From: Myxococcales bacterium
GTDB taxonomy: Bacteria > Myxococcota_A > Polyangia > Polyangiales > DASUME01
Length of the DNA stretch: 64,000 nt
Direction of reading: 5' to 3'
Assembly: GCA_047601445.1 (NCBI GenBank)
Contig: JASGJH010000001.1
Location: forward strand, 2,112,001 to 2,176,000
Part shown: positions 37,317-47,083 of the stretch, piece by piece
How positions within the stretch are numbered: the stretch's first letter is position 1
How the letters are laid out: every line of letters begins with the position of its first letter
The notes under the pieces: generated by a model
Seen by the model: only the letters and a program-made list of their open reading frames with translations
Told to the model about the DNA's origin: nothing
Databases searched by the model: none
Translations under genes and position numbers: made by a program

Positions 37317-38731
37317 TTGCTGCCTCCTGCGGGAGCGGCTGGCGCAGCCGGAGCTGCGGATTCTGCCTTCTTCGCGGCGTCTCGCTCCGCTGCCTTCTTC
37401 TCGCGCTCGATGCGCTTTTGCTCGCGGGCAACGGCCTTGTCGATATCGTCGAGATAGCCTGTAGACGCGTCGTCACGCGCGAGTCTAGAGCCCATCATCG
37501 AGCGATAGGTTCCGAACTCTTCCTTGGCCTTGCCGAGCGCAGTCAGCAGGTCGAGGCCCGGGAATTCCGCACCGGCCGCCATGTACATCAGAGCGAGATC
37601 GTAGTGGGCCTGCGGGAGATCGCTCTTCATGCGGAGGGCCTTGTCGAAGGCTGCCTTGGCCTTGTCCCACTGCTTGGTAGAGCGGTAGGCATCCCCGAGG
37701 GCCAACTGCACTTCCACGAGCTTGGGCGAGATCTTCTCGACGGCCTGGAACTGCGTGAGCGCCTCCGAGTAGTTGGCGCCGGCGAGCAAGAGAATGCCGA
37801 GTTCCATGCGGGCTTCCGCGAAGTCGGGATCGAGGTCCACGGCTTTCTTGAACTCGGGCAGCGCCTCGCCGAGGCGCTTGTCGTCGAGGTAACGGATGCC
37901 CCTGTAGTAGTGGAGCTCCGCGTTCTTGTCGTCGACCGCGAGGGCCTGGTCGAGGATGGAGTCCGCAAGCTCTACGCGACCCGCGCGCAGGTTGGCGCGG
38001 ATGAGCGAGAGCATGGACGGCACGTGACGCTCGTCGCGCCGCAGCGCCTTGCGAGCCACCAAGATGGCGTCGTCTACGCGGCCCACCTGGACCAGGAGAT
38101 CGGCGTAGTACGCCTGCAAGAGCAGGTTGCGCTCCCACTGGTCCGCCAGCGGCTGCATGAAGGCCACGGCCTTGTCGGGTTGGCCCTGACGCAGATAGAT
38201 CGCAACGATGCCCTGCGCAGCCTCCTCGTAGTCGGCCTGGGCGCGGAGCGAACGTCGGTAGTAGTCGATGGCTTGGGATTCCTTACCCTCGCGATCGGAC
38301 ATCACGCCCAGGGCATAGAGCGCCTGATAGGCGTTGCCGTCCGCTTTGACGGCCGCTTCGAAGGCGCTCTTGGCGCCGGCGGTATCACCCGCGTGCGCTG
38401 CCTTGACGCCCTGCTCATAGTTGGACCGGGCGCCACCCTCGAGCGCCTTGCGCGGCGGGAGCGGACGTCCGGTATCGGCCTCGGCGGAGCCCCAGGGGCT
38501 GGCCGCCGTCGAGGTGCCAGCAGGCGAGGACGTCGTCGGCTTGCCAGGCTCCGTAGCGCTGCCGCTCTGGGCCTGGCCAGGTGCTCCGGGCGTGCCTGCG
38601 GGAGCTTCACCACCCGCCGCCGGCGCGCCAGGCTCCGAGCCACCGCCACCTACGCTGATTTTCTTGCTGCAGCCGACGCTCGCTCCGGAGAGCGCGAGCA
38701 CGAGGCTGGCCAAGACCAGCTGCTTCATCAC
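37313..38731 (-). CDS. GltE/AglT-like TPR lipoprotein
   Basis: Lipobox SVGC, Ala/Pro/Gly linker, about 8 TPR repeats, charged helical tail; position between GltD-like and GltF-like genes. Confidence 0.75.
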   Translation of the reverse strand: MMKQLVLASLVLALSGASVGCSKKISVGGGGSEPGAPAAGGEAPAGTPGAPGQAQSGSATEPGKPTTSSPAGTSTAASPWGSAEADTGRPLPPRKALEGGARSNYEQGVKAAHAGDTAGAKSAFEAAVKADGNAYQALYALGVMSDREGKESQAIDYYRRSLRAQADYEEAAQGIVAIYLRQGQPDKAVAFMQPLADQWERNLLLQAYYADLLVQVGRVDDAILVARKALRRDERHVPSMLSLIRANLRAGRVELADSILDQALAVDDKNAELHYYRGIRYLDDKRLGEALPEFKKAVDLDPDFAEARMELGILLLAGANYSEALTQFQAVEKISPKLVEVQLALGDAYRSTKQWDKAKAAFDKALRMKSDLPQAHYDLALMYMAAGAEFPGLDLLTALGKAKEEFGTYRSMMGSRLARDDASTGYLDDIDKAVAREQKRIEREKKAAERDAAKKAESAAPAAPAAPAGGSK

Positions 38732-41700
38732 TGGACCTCCTTGAGGCTCGGGGGCGACACGCCGCTCGGCATCGGCAACACCGCGCCGCGGGGCGCGCGC
38801 GAGAACTCACCGGGCTGATAGGCCTGGACTGACGAGTCCTTGGCGGCCTGCTCGGCGATGCACTCGGCGATGCGCTCCTCACCGTAGGCACCCAGACGGC
38901 TGATGGCCTGCTGGGTGTACTCATTGTCGATGGATCCGACCTTGGCCGCGCGAGCCGCCAAAGCGTAGCGATAGACCGCGAGGCACTCGATGGGACGCGT
39001 CTGCGCGTCGAGCACCTGACGGACCTTGTCCTCGACCTGCACGCGCACGTCCTCGCGCGCGTAGTCGGGGAGCTTGGCCATGGTCTTCTTCATGTCTGCA
39101 GGCACCACGAAGGGCGTGTTCAAGACGGCCTTCGCGAGCACTTCGTAGACACGACCCTGGCGGACGAATGCTGCGATGGTCCAGGTCGGGCGACGGTACG
39201 CCATGACCGCGGTGTAGGCCTCGTTGCGATCGGTAGCGCTCTGCGAGCCCGTCCCGATCTGCTTGGTGAGGTCCTTGACGTAGGCGTCCATGGTGGCCGG
39301 CGCGCCGGGCTTGATCTGGAACTTCTCGAACTCTTCGGAGCCCTTGTCGACGAGCAGGAACTTGGCCTGCGCGGCGTACTCGGCGGCGATGGAGCCCGGC
39401 TGCTGGCCAGACTTCGCATAGGCGTTTGCGACGTCGGCCAACGCCACTTCGTAGTCCTTCTGCTTGCCAGCGGCCTTCTTGGACTGCGCGATACGCCAGT
39501 AGGCCTGAACCACCAGCTCTCCTGCCGCAGGGTCGCCCTGATACCGCTTGATGAAGTCATTCATCTTGGTGACGGTCTCAGACGACTTGTTCTGCTTGAA
39601 GGACATCTCGGCGACGCGGTAGCTCGCCGCCATCTTCTCGCCCGGATCCTTGAGGATCTCCGAAGCGCGCTGGTAGTAGTCCGCCGCGCGGGCGTACTGC
39701 TGCTGGTATTCGAGGATCTTCGCGGCGTTGATCAGGGCACCTTCACGGCGCTCGGACATGCCGGGGTCCTGCGACCGCTTGAAACGCTCGGAGTCCGCGA
39801 GGATGCGGTAGTTCTCGATGGCTCGGTCGTAGTCGAAGAAGCGGTTCGCGTTGTAAGCGAGGCGGAAGTAGGCGTTCGACAGGATCGCATCGAGGTCCTG
39901 CTGTTCCTTCGGGTCCTTGCTCTGACGCGGGCCGACTTCGTCGATGATGCGCGAGTAGAGCCGCGCTGCCGACTCGAAGCGACTGGTACGCTCGAGGGCG
40001 ATAGCAGCCTTTTCGAGGGCCAGCGGCGCCTGCGGGTGGTTCGGCTCGTCGTCGACGGCCTGGACCAACAGCGTGGCCGATTCCTCGTAGAGCTTGACCT
40101 GCTCGGCACCCGTAGCCTTCTCGGCCTTGTTGAAGACGTCGACCGCCTTCTTGTACTGGATGTTGGTCAGGTCGGCGCCGGCCAAGCACTGCGGCTCTTC
40201 GGCGTTCTTGGGGTCGGTGCAATCCACGTCCGCGGCGGGCTTGCCCGACGGCGAGAACGTGCAGGCGCGCTCGCGCAGGTCGTTGCCGAGGCGTTCGACC
40301 TCTTCGACCTGGTTCAAGGCGACCGCCATGTTGCGCAGGTTGAGCCACGCGACGCGTCCGGTCTCATCGGCGTTCGGCCCACTGCAGTGCTCCGCGTAGA
40401 TACGGGCAAAGCGATCCTTGGCATGGGACCAGTAGCCGTACTGGTAGAGCAACAACGTGTTGTTGTAGGCGTAGGAGGCGCGCACCTTCTCGGTGTCGTG
40501 CGGCTCGTCGACGCGGGCCAAATAGAGCTCGCGTGCCTGCGCCAGGCGCTGCAGGAGCTGCGGCATTGCCACGGGGGTCACGCGCGGAGGCGTGCCCTGG
40601 GGCGCAGGCGGATCGGTGCGCAGTTCGAGTTCCTTCTTCTCGACCGCCATGTCCACCAGGCGCTTGAGGGACTCGACCACGCGACGGGCCGACTCGGAGA
40701 GGTACTTGTCGTCCAGGTTGGAGTCGCGGACAGCCGCGTACTCACGGGCCGCTTCCTCGTAGTTCTCCGACCAGAACAGTGCGTCCGCCAGGTTGTACTG
40801 GAGGTCGTAGGCCTGGGGGCTGTTCGGATAGCGCTGGATGTATCCACGGTACGCGGTGGCGGCCAGACCGTACTGCTCCTGAGCTTGACGGATGAGCTCG
40901 AGATCCTGGTCCTGCACGCCGAGCTTACGCAGACGCTGCGCGTTCTCGTGGTGGTAGATGGCGGCCGCGACGACGGCTTCCTCGGCCAGCTGCTCGGCGC
41001 GACGCTGCTCGAGCGGATGGTCCATGTTGGCGTTCCACCAGGTGCTGCCCTCGCTGTAGTTACCCAGCAGGGCGCGTGCCTGAACGGCCGCTTCCAACTC
41101 GTTGGCTCGGGTGTAGGCGCGCGCGATGTTGTTCTGCATCTCGGGCGACTTCGGGTGGTTGGGCCAACGCTTCAACGCGAGGTTCCAGACCTCGATCGCC
41201 TGCGGGTACTTGGCCTCGTCGAACCAGACGGATCCGAGAGCGTGATAGACCTCGGCCGTCCAGGCACGATCCTGGGGCATCAACGAGGCGTCTTGCACGC
41301 GGGTCAGGCCCGTGGGCATGCCCTCCTGCGGGTCCGGCACCTGGTTCTCGTTCCAGTCGTCGTAGGCGAAGGCGATGGCGAGATACTGCACGGCTTCAGC
41401 GCGCAGCTCAGAGCCCGCCTTGCCGGTGCGCTTCTCTTCTTCGTCCGACCAATCGACGAGGGCCGCGAAGGTCCTGACCGCTTCCGGATAGCGGAACGCG
41501 CGGTAGTAGGACCATGCAACCTTGTAGAGAGCCAGGTTGTAGTTGCGGTCTTCCTTGTCGGAGAGCACGTGCTTGTAGGCACTGATGGCGTAGGCCATGC
41601 CCTCGGCAGACACGTCGTAGTCGAAGTGGTACTCACCGATGCGCAGCCAGGTCTCGCCCAAGAAGCGCGAGGACTGCACCGCAGGCGTGCACTGGCCGTA

Positions 41701-42714
41701 GTAGTCGGGCAGCACGGCGTCCTTGGCCGGGGCGGTCTGAATGGTGCCGATGGTGAGCGACGGGTTCTTCTTCTCGCGCTCGGCCTCGGCCGCGAGCTTC
41801 TCGTTGGGCTTCGCCTCTTCGAGGGTCTTGCGGAAGTCGAACTGGTTCGCACACACCAGGTTCAACCAAGCAATGCGCGCCTTCTCGGGCTCGCCCATCT
41901 CGTTGAGGCAGTAGCCGATGAGGTAGTAGACGCCGTCGATGCGCTGGTAGTTCGGGAAGCGCGTGATGAGCTCCCGATACAGGTTGATGGTGGGCGAAAA
42001 GTCCTTCTCGGGCTCGGGCAGCTCAACGCCCTTGTCGCGCGACTCCATCACCTGCATGACGGCGTTCTGGAACGCGATGGCGCTGCGCTCGAAGTAGAGC
42101 TCGCCCAAGCGGAACATGGCGTCCGGCGTGTACGTCGGATCGTTCGGGTACTGGGCGATGAACTTCTCGAAGAGGGCGATGGCCTGCAGCGTGGCCTCGT
42201 CCTGCAGCTTCTCTTCTTCGCTGATCTGACGCGCGTACCCCTCGCTGCGCTGACGGCGCTGGCGCAGGTACTCACGACGCACGATGTTCACCACCGTGTC
42301 CCGGTAGGTTTCGCCGCCGCGTGTGAAGCCCGCGGTCTCGGCTTCCATCTCGCGCAACGCAGCAATTTGCTCCTTGCTGGGAGGCGGACGCTCGTCTTTT
42401 AGGCGCTTGTCCGCCGTGTCGAGGAACGCCGGCAAGTCCGCGGGTCCCCAGGCTTCGGGCTCGGACCCTGCCGCCGTGGTGTCCGCCGCGGGGGTGGTGG
42501 TCGTCGTGGCAGGAGCGGCTGGTGCCGCCGATGTGGTGGTCGGCGTCGCAGCTGCAGGAGCGCTGGTCGGTGCCGCAGGCGCCGGCGTGCCCGCGGCGGG
42601 CGTGGTGCTGGTGGCCGGTGCCTGACCGTGAGCGCTAGGCTGCGGGAGCCCCGCTGCTGCCGCGGCCAAGAGGGCCCACTGGATGCGACGCAAGTTGAGC
42701 GAGCGGCCCTTCAC
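38728..42714 (-). CDS. GltD/AgmU-like large secreted TPR protein
   Basis: Signal peptide, YTPDAMFRLGELYFE, ETWLRIGEYHFD, ALYKVAWSYYR, LRAEAVQYLA; GTG 42714 overlaps upstream stop (GTGA). Confidence 0.78.
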   Translation of the reverse strand: MKGRSLNLRRIQWALLAAAAAGLPQPSAHGQAPATSTTPAAGTPAPAAPTSAPAAATPTTTSAAPAAPATTTTTPAADTTAAGSEPEAWGPADLPAFLDTADKRLKDERPPPSKEQIAALREMEAETAGFTRGGETYRDTVVNIVRREYLRQRRQRSEGYARQISEEEKLQDEATLQAIALFEKFIAQYPNDPTYTPDAMFRLGELYFERSAIAFQNAVMQVMESRDKGVELPEPEKDFSPTINLYRELITRFPNYQRIDGVYYLIGYCLNEMGEPEKARIAWLNLVCANQFDFRKTLEEAKPNEKLAAEAEREKKNPSLTIGTIQTAPAKDAVLPDYYGQCTPAVQSSRFLGETWLRIGEYHFDYDVSAEGMAYAISAYKHVLSDKEDRNYNLALYKVAWSYYRAFRYPEAVRTFAALVDWSDEEEKRTGKAGSELRAEAVQYLAIAFAYDDWNENQVPDPQEGMPTGLTRVQDASLMPQDRAWTAEVYHALGSVWFDEAKYPQAIEVWNLALKRWPNHPKSPEMQNNIARAYTRANELEAAVQARALLGNYSEGSTWWNANMDHPLEQRRAEQLAEEAVVAAAIYHHENAQRLRKLGVQDQDLELIRQAQEQYGLAATAYRGYIQRYPNSPQAYDLQYNLADALFWSENYEEAAREYAAVRDSNLDDKYLSESARRVVESLKRLVDMAVEKKELELRTDPPAPQGTPPRVTPVAMPQLLQRLAQARELYLARVDEPHDTEKVRASYAYNNTLLLYQYGYWSHAKDRFARIYAEHCSGPNADETGRVAWLNLRNMAVALNQVEEVERLGNDLRERACTFSPSGKPAADVDCTDPKNAEEPQCLAGADLTNIQYKKAVDVFNKAEKATGAEQVKLYEESATLLVQAVDDEPNHPQAPLALEKAAIALERTSRFESAARLYSRIIDEVGPRQSKDPKEQQDLDAILSNAYFRLAYNANRFFDYDRAIENYRILADSERFKRSQDPGMSERREGALINAAKILEYQQQYARAADYYQRASEILKDPGEKMAASYRVAEMSFKQNKSSETVTKMNDFIKRYQGDPAAGELVVQAYWRIAQSKKAAGKQKDYEVALADVANAYAKSGQQPGSIAAEYAAQAKFLLVDKGSEEFEKFQIKPGAPATMDAYVKDLTKQIGTGSQSATDRNEAYTAVMAYRRPTWTIAAFVRQGRVYEVLAKAVLNTPFVVPADMKKTMAKLPDYAREDVRVQVEDKVRQVLDAQTRPIECLAVYRYALAARAAKVGSIDNEYTQQAISRLGAYGEERIAECIAEQAAKDSSVQAYQPGEFSRAPRGAVLPMPSGVSPPSLKEVQ

Positions 42715-45080
42715 TGTTCGTCTCCTTTGGGCTCGTCCATGATCTCTTGGAACTCGTCGTCGAGCGCTTGAATCTCGAGCGCGCGCGAGCGCGTCAGCAT
42801 TTCGACGCGCGTGCGGTGTTCTTCGCGATCCGCCCACGAAACGTCGATCGTTCCCACGTCGGCGCGCAGCACGAGGTCGTAGAAGCGCGCACGCACGAGA
42901 GAGAAGTTGGCGAAAGTGACCCCGCCGACCACGTCTTCGGCCTCCGTCTCGAGGGTCGCGAGCTGACCACGGTAGCCCTCGACATTGCGGCTCTCGACTT
43001 CGATGGCCTGCTTGAGTTCGACGGTGCGCTGCTCCACCACGCGCTCGATCTCGGCGTCTCGCACGGTGACCGCGTTTTCCACGGTGCCGATGCGAGAGAA
43101 CATGGTGTCGAGGCGCGGATCAGCCGCGCCGGCCGAGGCCAAGAGCTGACGCTCACGATCGACCAGCTCGATGTACTGCTTTCGAACGTCGTCGTCGTGC
43201 GCATAGCGAGCGTCGCCGATGCCCACCTGCAAGCGACCGGACTCCAACTGCATGCGGAAGTCCTGAATCTGCTTGCGGTAGTCCTCGATGGCCCCGCGCT
43301 GACCGGAGAGCTCGCCCTGCATCGCCGCGACGCCTTCGGGATTGGCCCGTGCGTCCTGCGTGTCCGTGAGAAAGCGCTCCGTGGCCGTGATGCGGGCGTC
43401 CATGCCCAACAGCTCGACCTCGTACTTGCTCAGCTCTCGCGAGAGGTCCTTGAAGCCTCCCAGCAAGTCGGCGTCGCGCGCCGCGAAGGCGCTGTCCCCG
43501 TCGGGCATCTTGGCCAGCGTCGCCTCGAGCTGCTTGCGCTCGCTGCGTACCTGGGCGAGCTCACTCGAGCCGCCGCCGCTGAGCTTCTGCTCCTGGACGT
43601 CGACGAGGCCCTTGCGGAGCATGGCCGCGCGATTGCGGATGGCGGTGGTGTTCTGCTTCTGCTGGCGCAGGTCGGCGAACACATTGACGCGGTTGTTGGT
43701 GTCGAGCGCTAGCTCGAGCCGGCGCATGAGGTCGCTGGTGTCGCGGACCAGATCACGGGCCTGCGCCAAGTCGGAAAGCACGCTGAGCGCGCGCTCCATG
43801 TCCGCCTCTTCGCTAGCGAAGGGCACCGCCTCGGCGGGCAAGATGGTGTTCACATCGAACACTTCGATGTTCTGCTTCACCAAGTCGCGGAAATACCCGT
43901 GCGTGTCGGCGTGGTCGGCCACGATCTTGTCGAGCTTGTCGCGCACCGGGCCGTAGGTCTGCGAGGCCTTGTTGAACACCTGCGACGCGTCGTCTAGCTG
44001 TCCGTTGCGCAGCAGTAGGTTGCCGCGCAGGATGGAGCCGTCGGCGATGTAGCGGCTGTCTGGCGCCGCGATGGAGAGAACCTCGAGCGCGCGCTCGGCA
44101 CGGGTGGAATCGCCCATGCGGATGTAGACCCAGGCGATCTCGTAGAGCGCGACGTCGAACCAACGCGAGGTTCGCGGCACGCTCTGGTACATCTCCACGG
44201 CCTGATCGAGCTGATCGGTCTCGTAGTAGAGGCGCCCCAGCGCGAGCTGCGCGAGCTCCACCACGTGGGCCTGCTCGGGCGTGGTCACCTGGGCGCGGAG
44301 CACCCGACGGAAGGCCTCGATCGCCTGCGGAAACTGACGATCGAGCGTGAGGATCACACCGACGAAGTAGCGAGCCTGCGGGAAGTAGGGGCTGTTCTCC
44401 GCGACGCCTTCGAAGGCCTGGCGCGCGGCGCGCAAGCCCTCGCTGTCGATGGAAGCCGTCTTGAGCGAGGCGTCGCCGCGCGTGACGTCCTCGGAGGAAA
44501 CCGCCCTGTTGTACAGGTACTTGGCCCGGTAGTAGGCCGTGGCGGCTTCGATCTCCTGGGGAGGCAACCGACTCAGACGCTCGAAATAGCTGTCTACGCC
44601 GTCGAAGTCGCGCGTGTGGATGGCGATCTCGATCAGACGGCCCAGCGCGCGGGACGCGTACGGACGAAACGCCGGCTCGTCGGCGCGGGCGATCAGCTGA
44701 CGCAGCCTGGTGCGGGCACCCAGGTAGTCGCCGGCAGAATACAGAGACTCTCCAAGCAGGAACAGGGCGTCGGGCATCGACGGATGCGTCGGGTAGTTGT
44801 CGACGATGTCCGTGAGGATGATGCTGGCGCGGACGTAGTCCTGGAGACGGTAGAAGAGCTCGCCATCGGTGAGGCGCTCTTCGACGTGCGTCGGACTGCG
44901 GACTGCGGCCCCGGGCAATGGCTGCGCCGCGAGCTGCTGACTCTGGGTTTCGAGTTCGCGCAGCTCCTGCTCCAGCTTCTGTGCGTCTTGGGCACGCGAA
45001 ACTGGGAGGGATGCTGCGCTACTGCCCGCGAGCGCTGCGAAGAACAGCAGGCTCTCGCGCGTAGAGCGGCGAAGCATCAC
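42711..45080 (-). CDS. Secreted TPR plus coiled-coil protein (possibly GltC-related)
   Basis: Signal peptide, DALFLLGESLY, ARYFVGV, LALGRLYYE, ALYEIAWVYI TPRs, long coiled-coil C-half ending ADVGTIDVSW. Confidence 0.7.
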   Translation of the reverse strand: MMLRRSTRESLLFFAALAGSSAASLPVSRAQDAQKLEQELRELETQSQQLAAQPLPGAAVRSPTHVEERLTDGELFYRLQDYVRASIILTDIVDNYPTHPSMPDALFLLGESLYSAGDYLGARTRLRQLIARADEPAFRPYASRALGRLIEIAIHTRDFDGVDSYFERLSRLPPQEIEAATAYYRAKYLYNRAVSSEDVTRGDASLKTASIDSEGLRAARQAFEGVAENSPYFPQARYFVGVILTLDRQFPQAIEAFRRVLRAQVTTPEQAHVVELAQLALGRLYYETDQLDQAVEMYQSVPRTSRWFDVALYEIAWVYIRMGDSTRAERALEVLSIAAPDSRYIADGSILRGNLLLRNGQLDDASQVFNKASQTYGPVRDKLDKIVADHADTHGYFRDLVKQNIEVFDVNTILPAEAVPFASEEADMERALSVLSDLAQARDLVRDTSDLMRRLELALDTNNRVNVFADLRQQKQNTTAIRNRAAMLRKGLVDVQEQKLSGGGSSELAQVRSERKQLEATLAKMPDGDSAFAARDADLLGGFKDLSRELSKYEVELLGMDARITATERFLTDTQDARANPEGVAAMQGELSGQRGAIEDYRKQIQDFRMQLESGRLQVGIGDARYAHDDDVRKQYIELVDRERQLLASAGAADPRLDTMFSRIGTVENAVTVRDAEIERVVEQRTVELKQAIEVESRNVEGYRGQLATLETEAEDVVGGVTFANFSLVRARFYDLVLRADVGTIDVSWADREEHRTRVEMLTRSRALEIQALDDEFQEIMDEPKGDEQ

Positions 45081-46033
45081 TTGCCTCCCTGAGCTCCGAC
45101 CGTTCCGGTCACCCCGGTCGTTGTGCCGGTCGTGCTGGTGGAGGTGTCGGCAGCGGCGCCACCGGTGGCCACGGGCTCGGCCAGGCCGGTCTCTCCGACC
45201 TTCTCCTGGTAGCGAACCGCGGGACGCTCTTCGAGCGGCGCGGTGGGTCCGCCCTTCTCGTAGGCCACCACGCGCACGCTGACAGCCTTGCCCTCGGGTG
45301 CCGAGAACGAATAGCTGGAGCGCACCTTGAAGCGATACCCCTTGAGGTACGAGAAGATGCCGTAGCCGTGGCCACGGTACTCGAGGTTGACCGTGAGGGT
45401 GTGCTCGCCCGGCACGATGCTGCCGTTGTAGACGTCGAACTCGGTCTTCTCGCTGAGCCCGCCCTCTTCGTCGGCGCGGTTGAAGATGGGCGCGCCGTCC
45501 AGGGCGTAGACCGCTTTCACCAGCTTGTACGAACCACTCATCTTGTTCTCGTGGACGATGGTGGTCTGCGAACCGGCGACGACGCCCTGCAGCACGGTCT
45601 CCGCGAGCAGGGAGAGCCGGGCCTTGGAGCGGAAGATCTGCTCCTTGAGCTCGTTGATGCGCTGCTCCAGATCGCGCAGCCGCACCGCATAGGTGGCCGC
45701 GTCGACTTCCGCCTTCTCCGCCGTGTTGGTGGTCGCCCCTGCGGCGGCCGCCCCGGTACCGGTGTCAGCGGCGGGCGTGGTTGCCGCCCCCGGAGTCGTG
45801 GTGGCCGGAGGCGTGGCCGTCGCTGGCGCGGCCGTGGTGCTGGGGGCGGCGCTGGCCGGCGTCCCAGCTGCGGGCGCCGCGGCCTTCTTCGTGGATGTGG
45901 TGGTGGGAGCAGCCGCAGGTGCAGAGCTCGCCGGAGGAGAGCTCTTCTTGTCTGGGGTTCCCTGACCCATCGCGCCGGCAGTAAGCAGCCAAACTGCACC
46001 AACCGTGGACCAAAGCGCAATCCTTCTCCGCAT
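45077..46033 (-). CDS. Secreted protein: Ala/Thr/Pro-rich linker, coiled coil, C-terminal beta-sandwich-like domain
   Basis: Signal peptide, LRDLEQRINELKEQIFRSKARL, YALDGAPIF, EYRGHGYGIFSYLKGYRFKV; first gene of the coupled operon. Confidence 0.78.
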   Translation of the reverse strand: MRRRIALWSTVGAVWLLTAGAMGQGTPDKKSSPPASSAPAAAPTTTSTKKAAAPAAGTPASAAPSTTAAPATATPPATTTPGAATTPAADTGTGAAAAGATTNTAEKAEVDAATYAVRLRDLEQRINELKEQIFRSKARLSLLAETVLQGVVAGSQTTIVHENKMSGSYKLVKAVYALDGAPIFNRADEEGGLSEKTEFDVYNGSIVPGEHTLTVNLEYRGHGYGIFSYLKGYRFKVRSSYSFSAPEGKAVSVRVVAYEKGGPTAPLEERPAVRYQEKVGETGLAEPVATGGAAADTSTSTTGTTTGVTGTVGAQGGK

Positions 46034-46105
46034 GCTGGGTTCCCCTCTAATCGGATGCGATCAGTCAGACAGCGCACCCCTGGCTGCTGACGCAATTAGC
46101 ACCGC

Positions 46106-46134
46106 TTAATACCAAGCCCCCCATGGGTGGTCAA
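46106..46134 (-). promoter_or_regulatory. Sigma-70-type promoter TTGACC-N17-TATTAA with extended -10 TG, driving the Glt-like operon
   Basis: Read directly 73 nt upstream of ATG 46033. Confidence 0.6.
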
Positions 46135-46465
46135 CGCAGTGCGACATCGCCAAGGGGCGGACCGCAAAAAGGAATTTGGTCCTGGAAGCACCGATCCGGG
46201 GGTTTGACGCGGAAAACCAGGGCACTATTTGTGTTGTCGCTGTCTCCGGGTTGCAGGCTGCATTTGCGCGAAATGGCACGTTTTCGTCTGCCTCAACTAC
46301 ACTGGCGGACCATGTCGGCCCTGGCTCGCCAAAGGCATTCGTCTCCTCCCCCCGCCCCCGTCGGGGCGACAGGGGGTGAGCTGCGGCCGACAGATCGTTT
46401 GGGCCCCCTGCCCGTCTGGGAGATCCACGTGGCGTTTGCGGAATGTGAACGCACGGAGCACGCAC

Positions 46466-47083
46466 GTGCGGCGGGCTGAGCTCGATGGTTGCTCTGACGA
46501 GCAGCTACTTGGCCTGTACTCGCGCGGCGAAATGGAGGCCATGGAAGTGCTGCTCGCCCGCTACAAGCGGCCACTCTTCAACTTCGTGCTGCGCCTGGTC
46601 CGCGAGCGGGGGAAGGCCGAGGACCTGCTGCAGGAGAGCTTCCTGCGCATGGTGGAGCACGCGGGCTCCTTCCAGGGGAGCGCCTCGGTCAAGACCTGGC
46701 TCTTTCGGATCGCCCGCAACCTCTGCATCGACGAGATGCGCAAGCAAAAGCACCGTCGTCATCCGTCGCTGGACGCGCCCAGCAGCAGCTCCGAAGGCGA
46801 AGGGCAGTCGCTCTACGAGCGCGTGGCACACGCCGGCCCAGGGCCGGAGCGCAGCGTGGTAGACCGGGATCTGGCGCAACGCATGAGCAAGGCGATCGAC
46901 GAGCTACCCGAGGATCAACGAGAGGTTTTCGTGCTGCGTCAGGTGCAGCACCTCTCCTTCAAGGAAATTGGGGACGTCACGGGCGTCTCCGAGAATACGG
47001 TCAAGAGTCGCATGCGCTACGCACTCGAGCGCCTGCAACGCTCGCTGTCGGATTACCAGGAGTACGCGGAGGAGCTGCTGTGA
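46466..47083 (+). CDS. ECF RNA polymerase sigma factor
   Basis: SDEQLL, AEDLLQESF, KTWLFRIARNLCID, LPEDQREVFVLR, SENTVKSRMRYA; GGAG SD before GTG 46466. Confidence 0.92.
   Translation: MRRAELDGCSDEQLLGLYSRGEMEAMEVLLARYKRPLFNFVLRLVRERGKAEDLLQESFLRMVEHAGSFQGSASVKTWLFRIARNLCIDEMRKQKHRRHPSLDAPSSSSEGEGQSLYERVAHAGPGPERSVVDRDLAQRMSKAIDELPEDQREVFVLRQVQHLSFKEIGDVTGVSENTVKSRMRYALERLQRSLSDYQEYAEELL

Noticed and set aside
40036..42402. 788-aa plus-strand ORF (and similar long ORFs at 37418-38818, 49267-51036, 61719-63647, 57061-58317)
   Set aside because: Antisense shadows of well-supported genes, expected in high-GC DNA; no recognisable motifs
37056..42714. Assigning gene symbols gltD/gltE/gltF as the gliding motor
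   Set aside because: Myxobacteria carry several paralogous sets and orthology cannot be decided by eye
46274..46291. TGGCACG upstream of the ECF sigma as a sigma-54 promoter
   Set aside because: No GC at the required GG-N10-GC position
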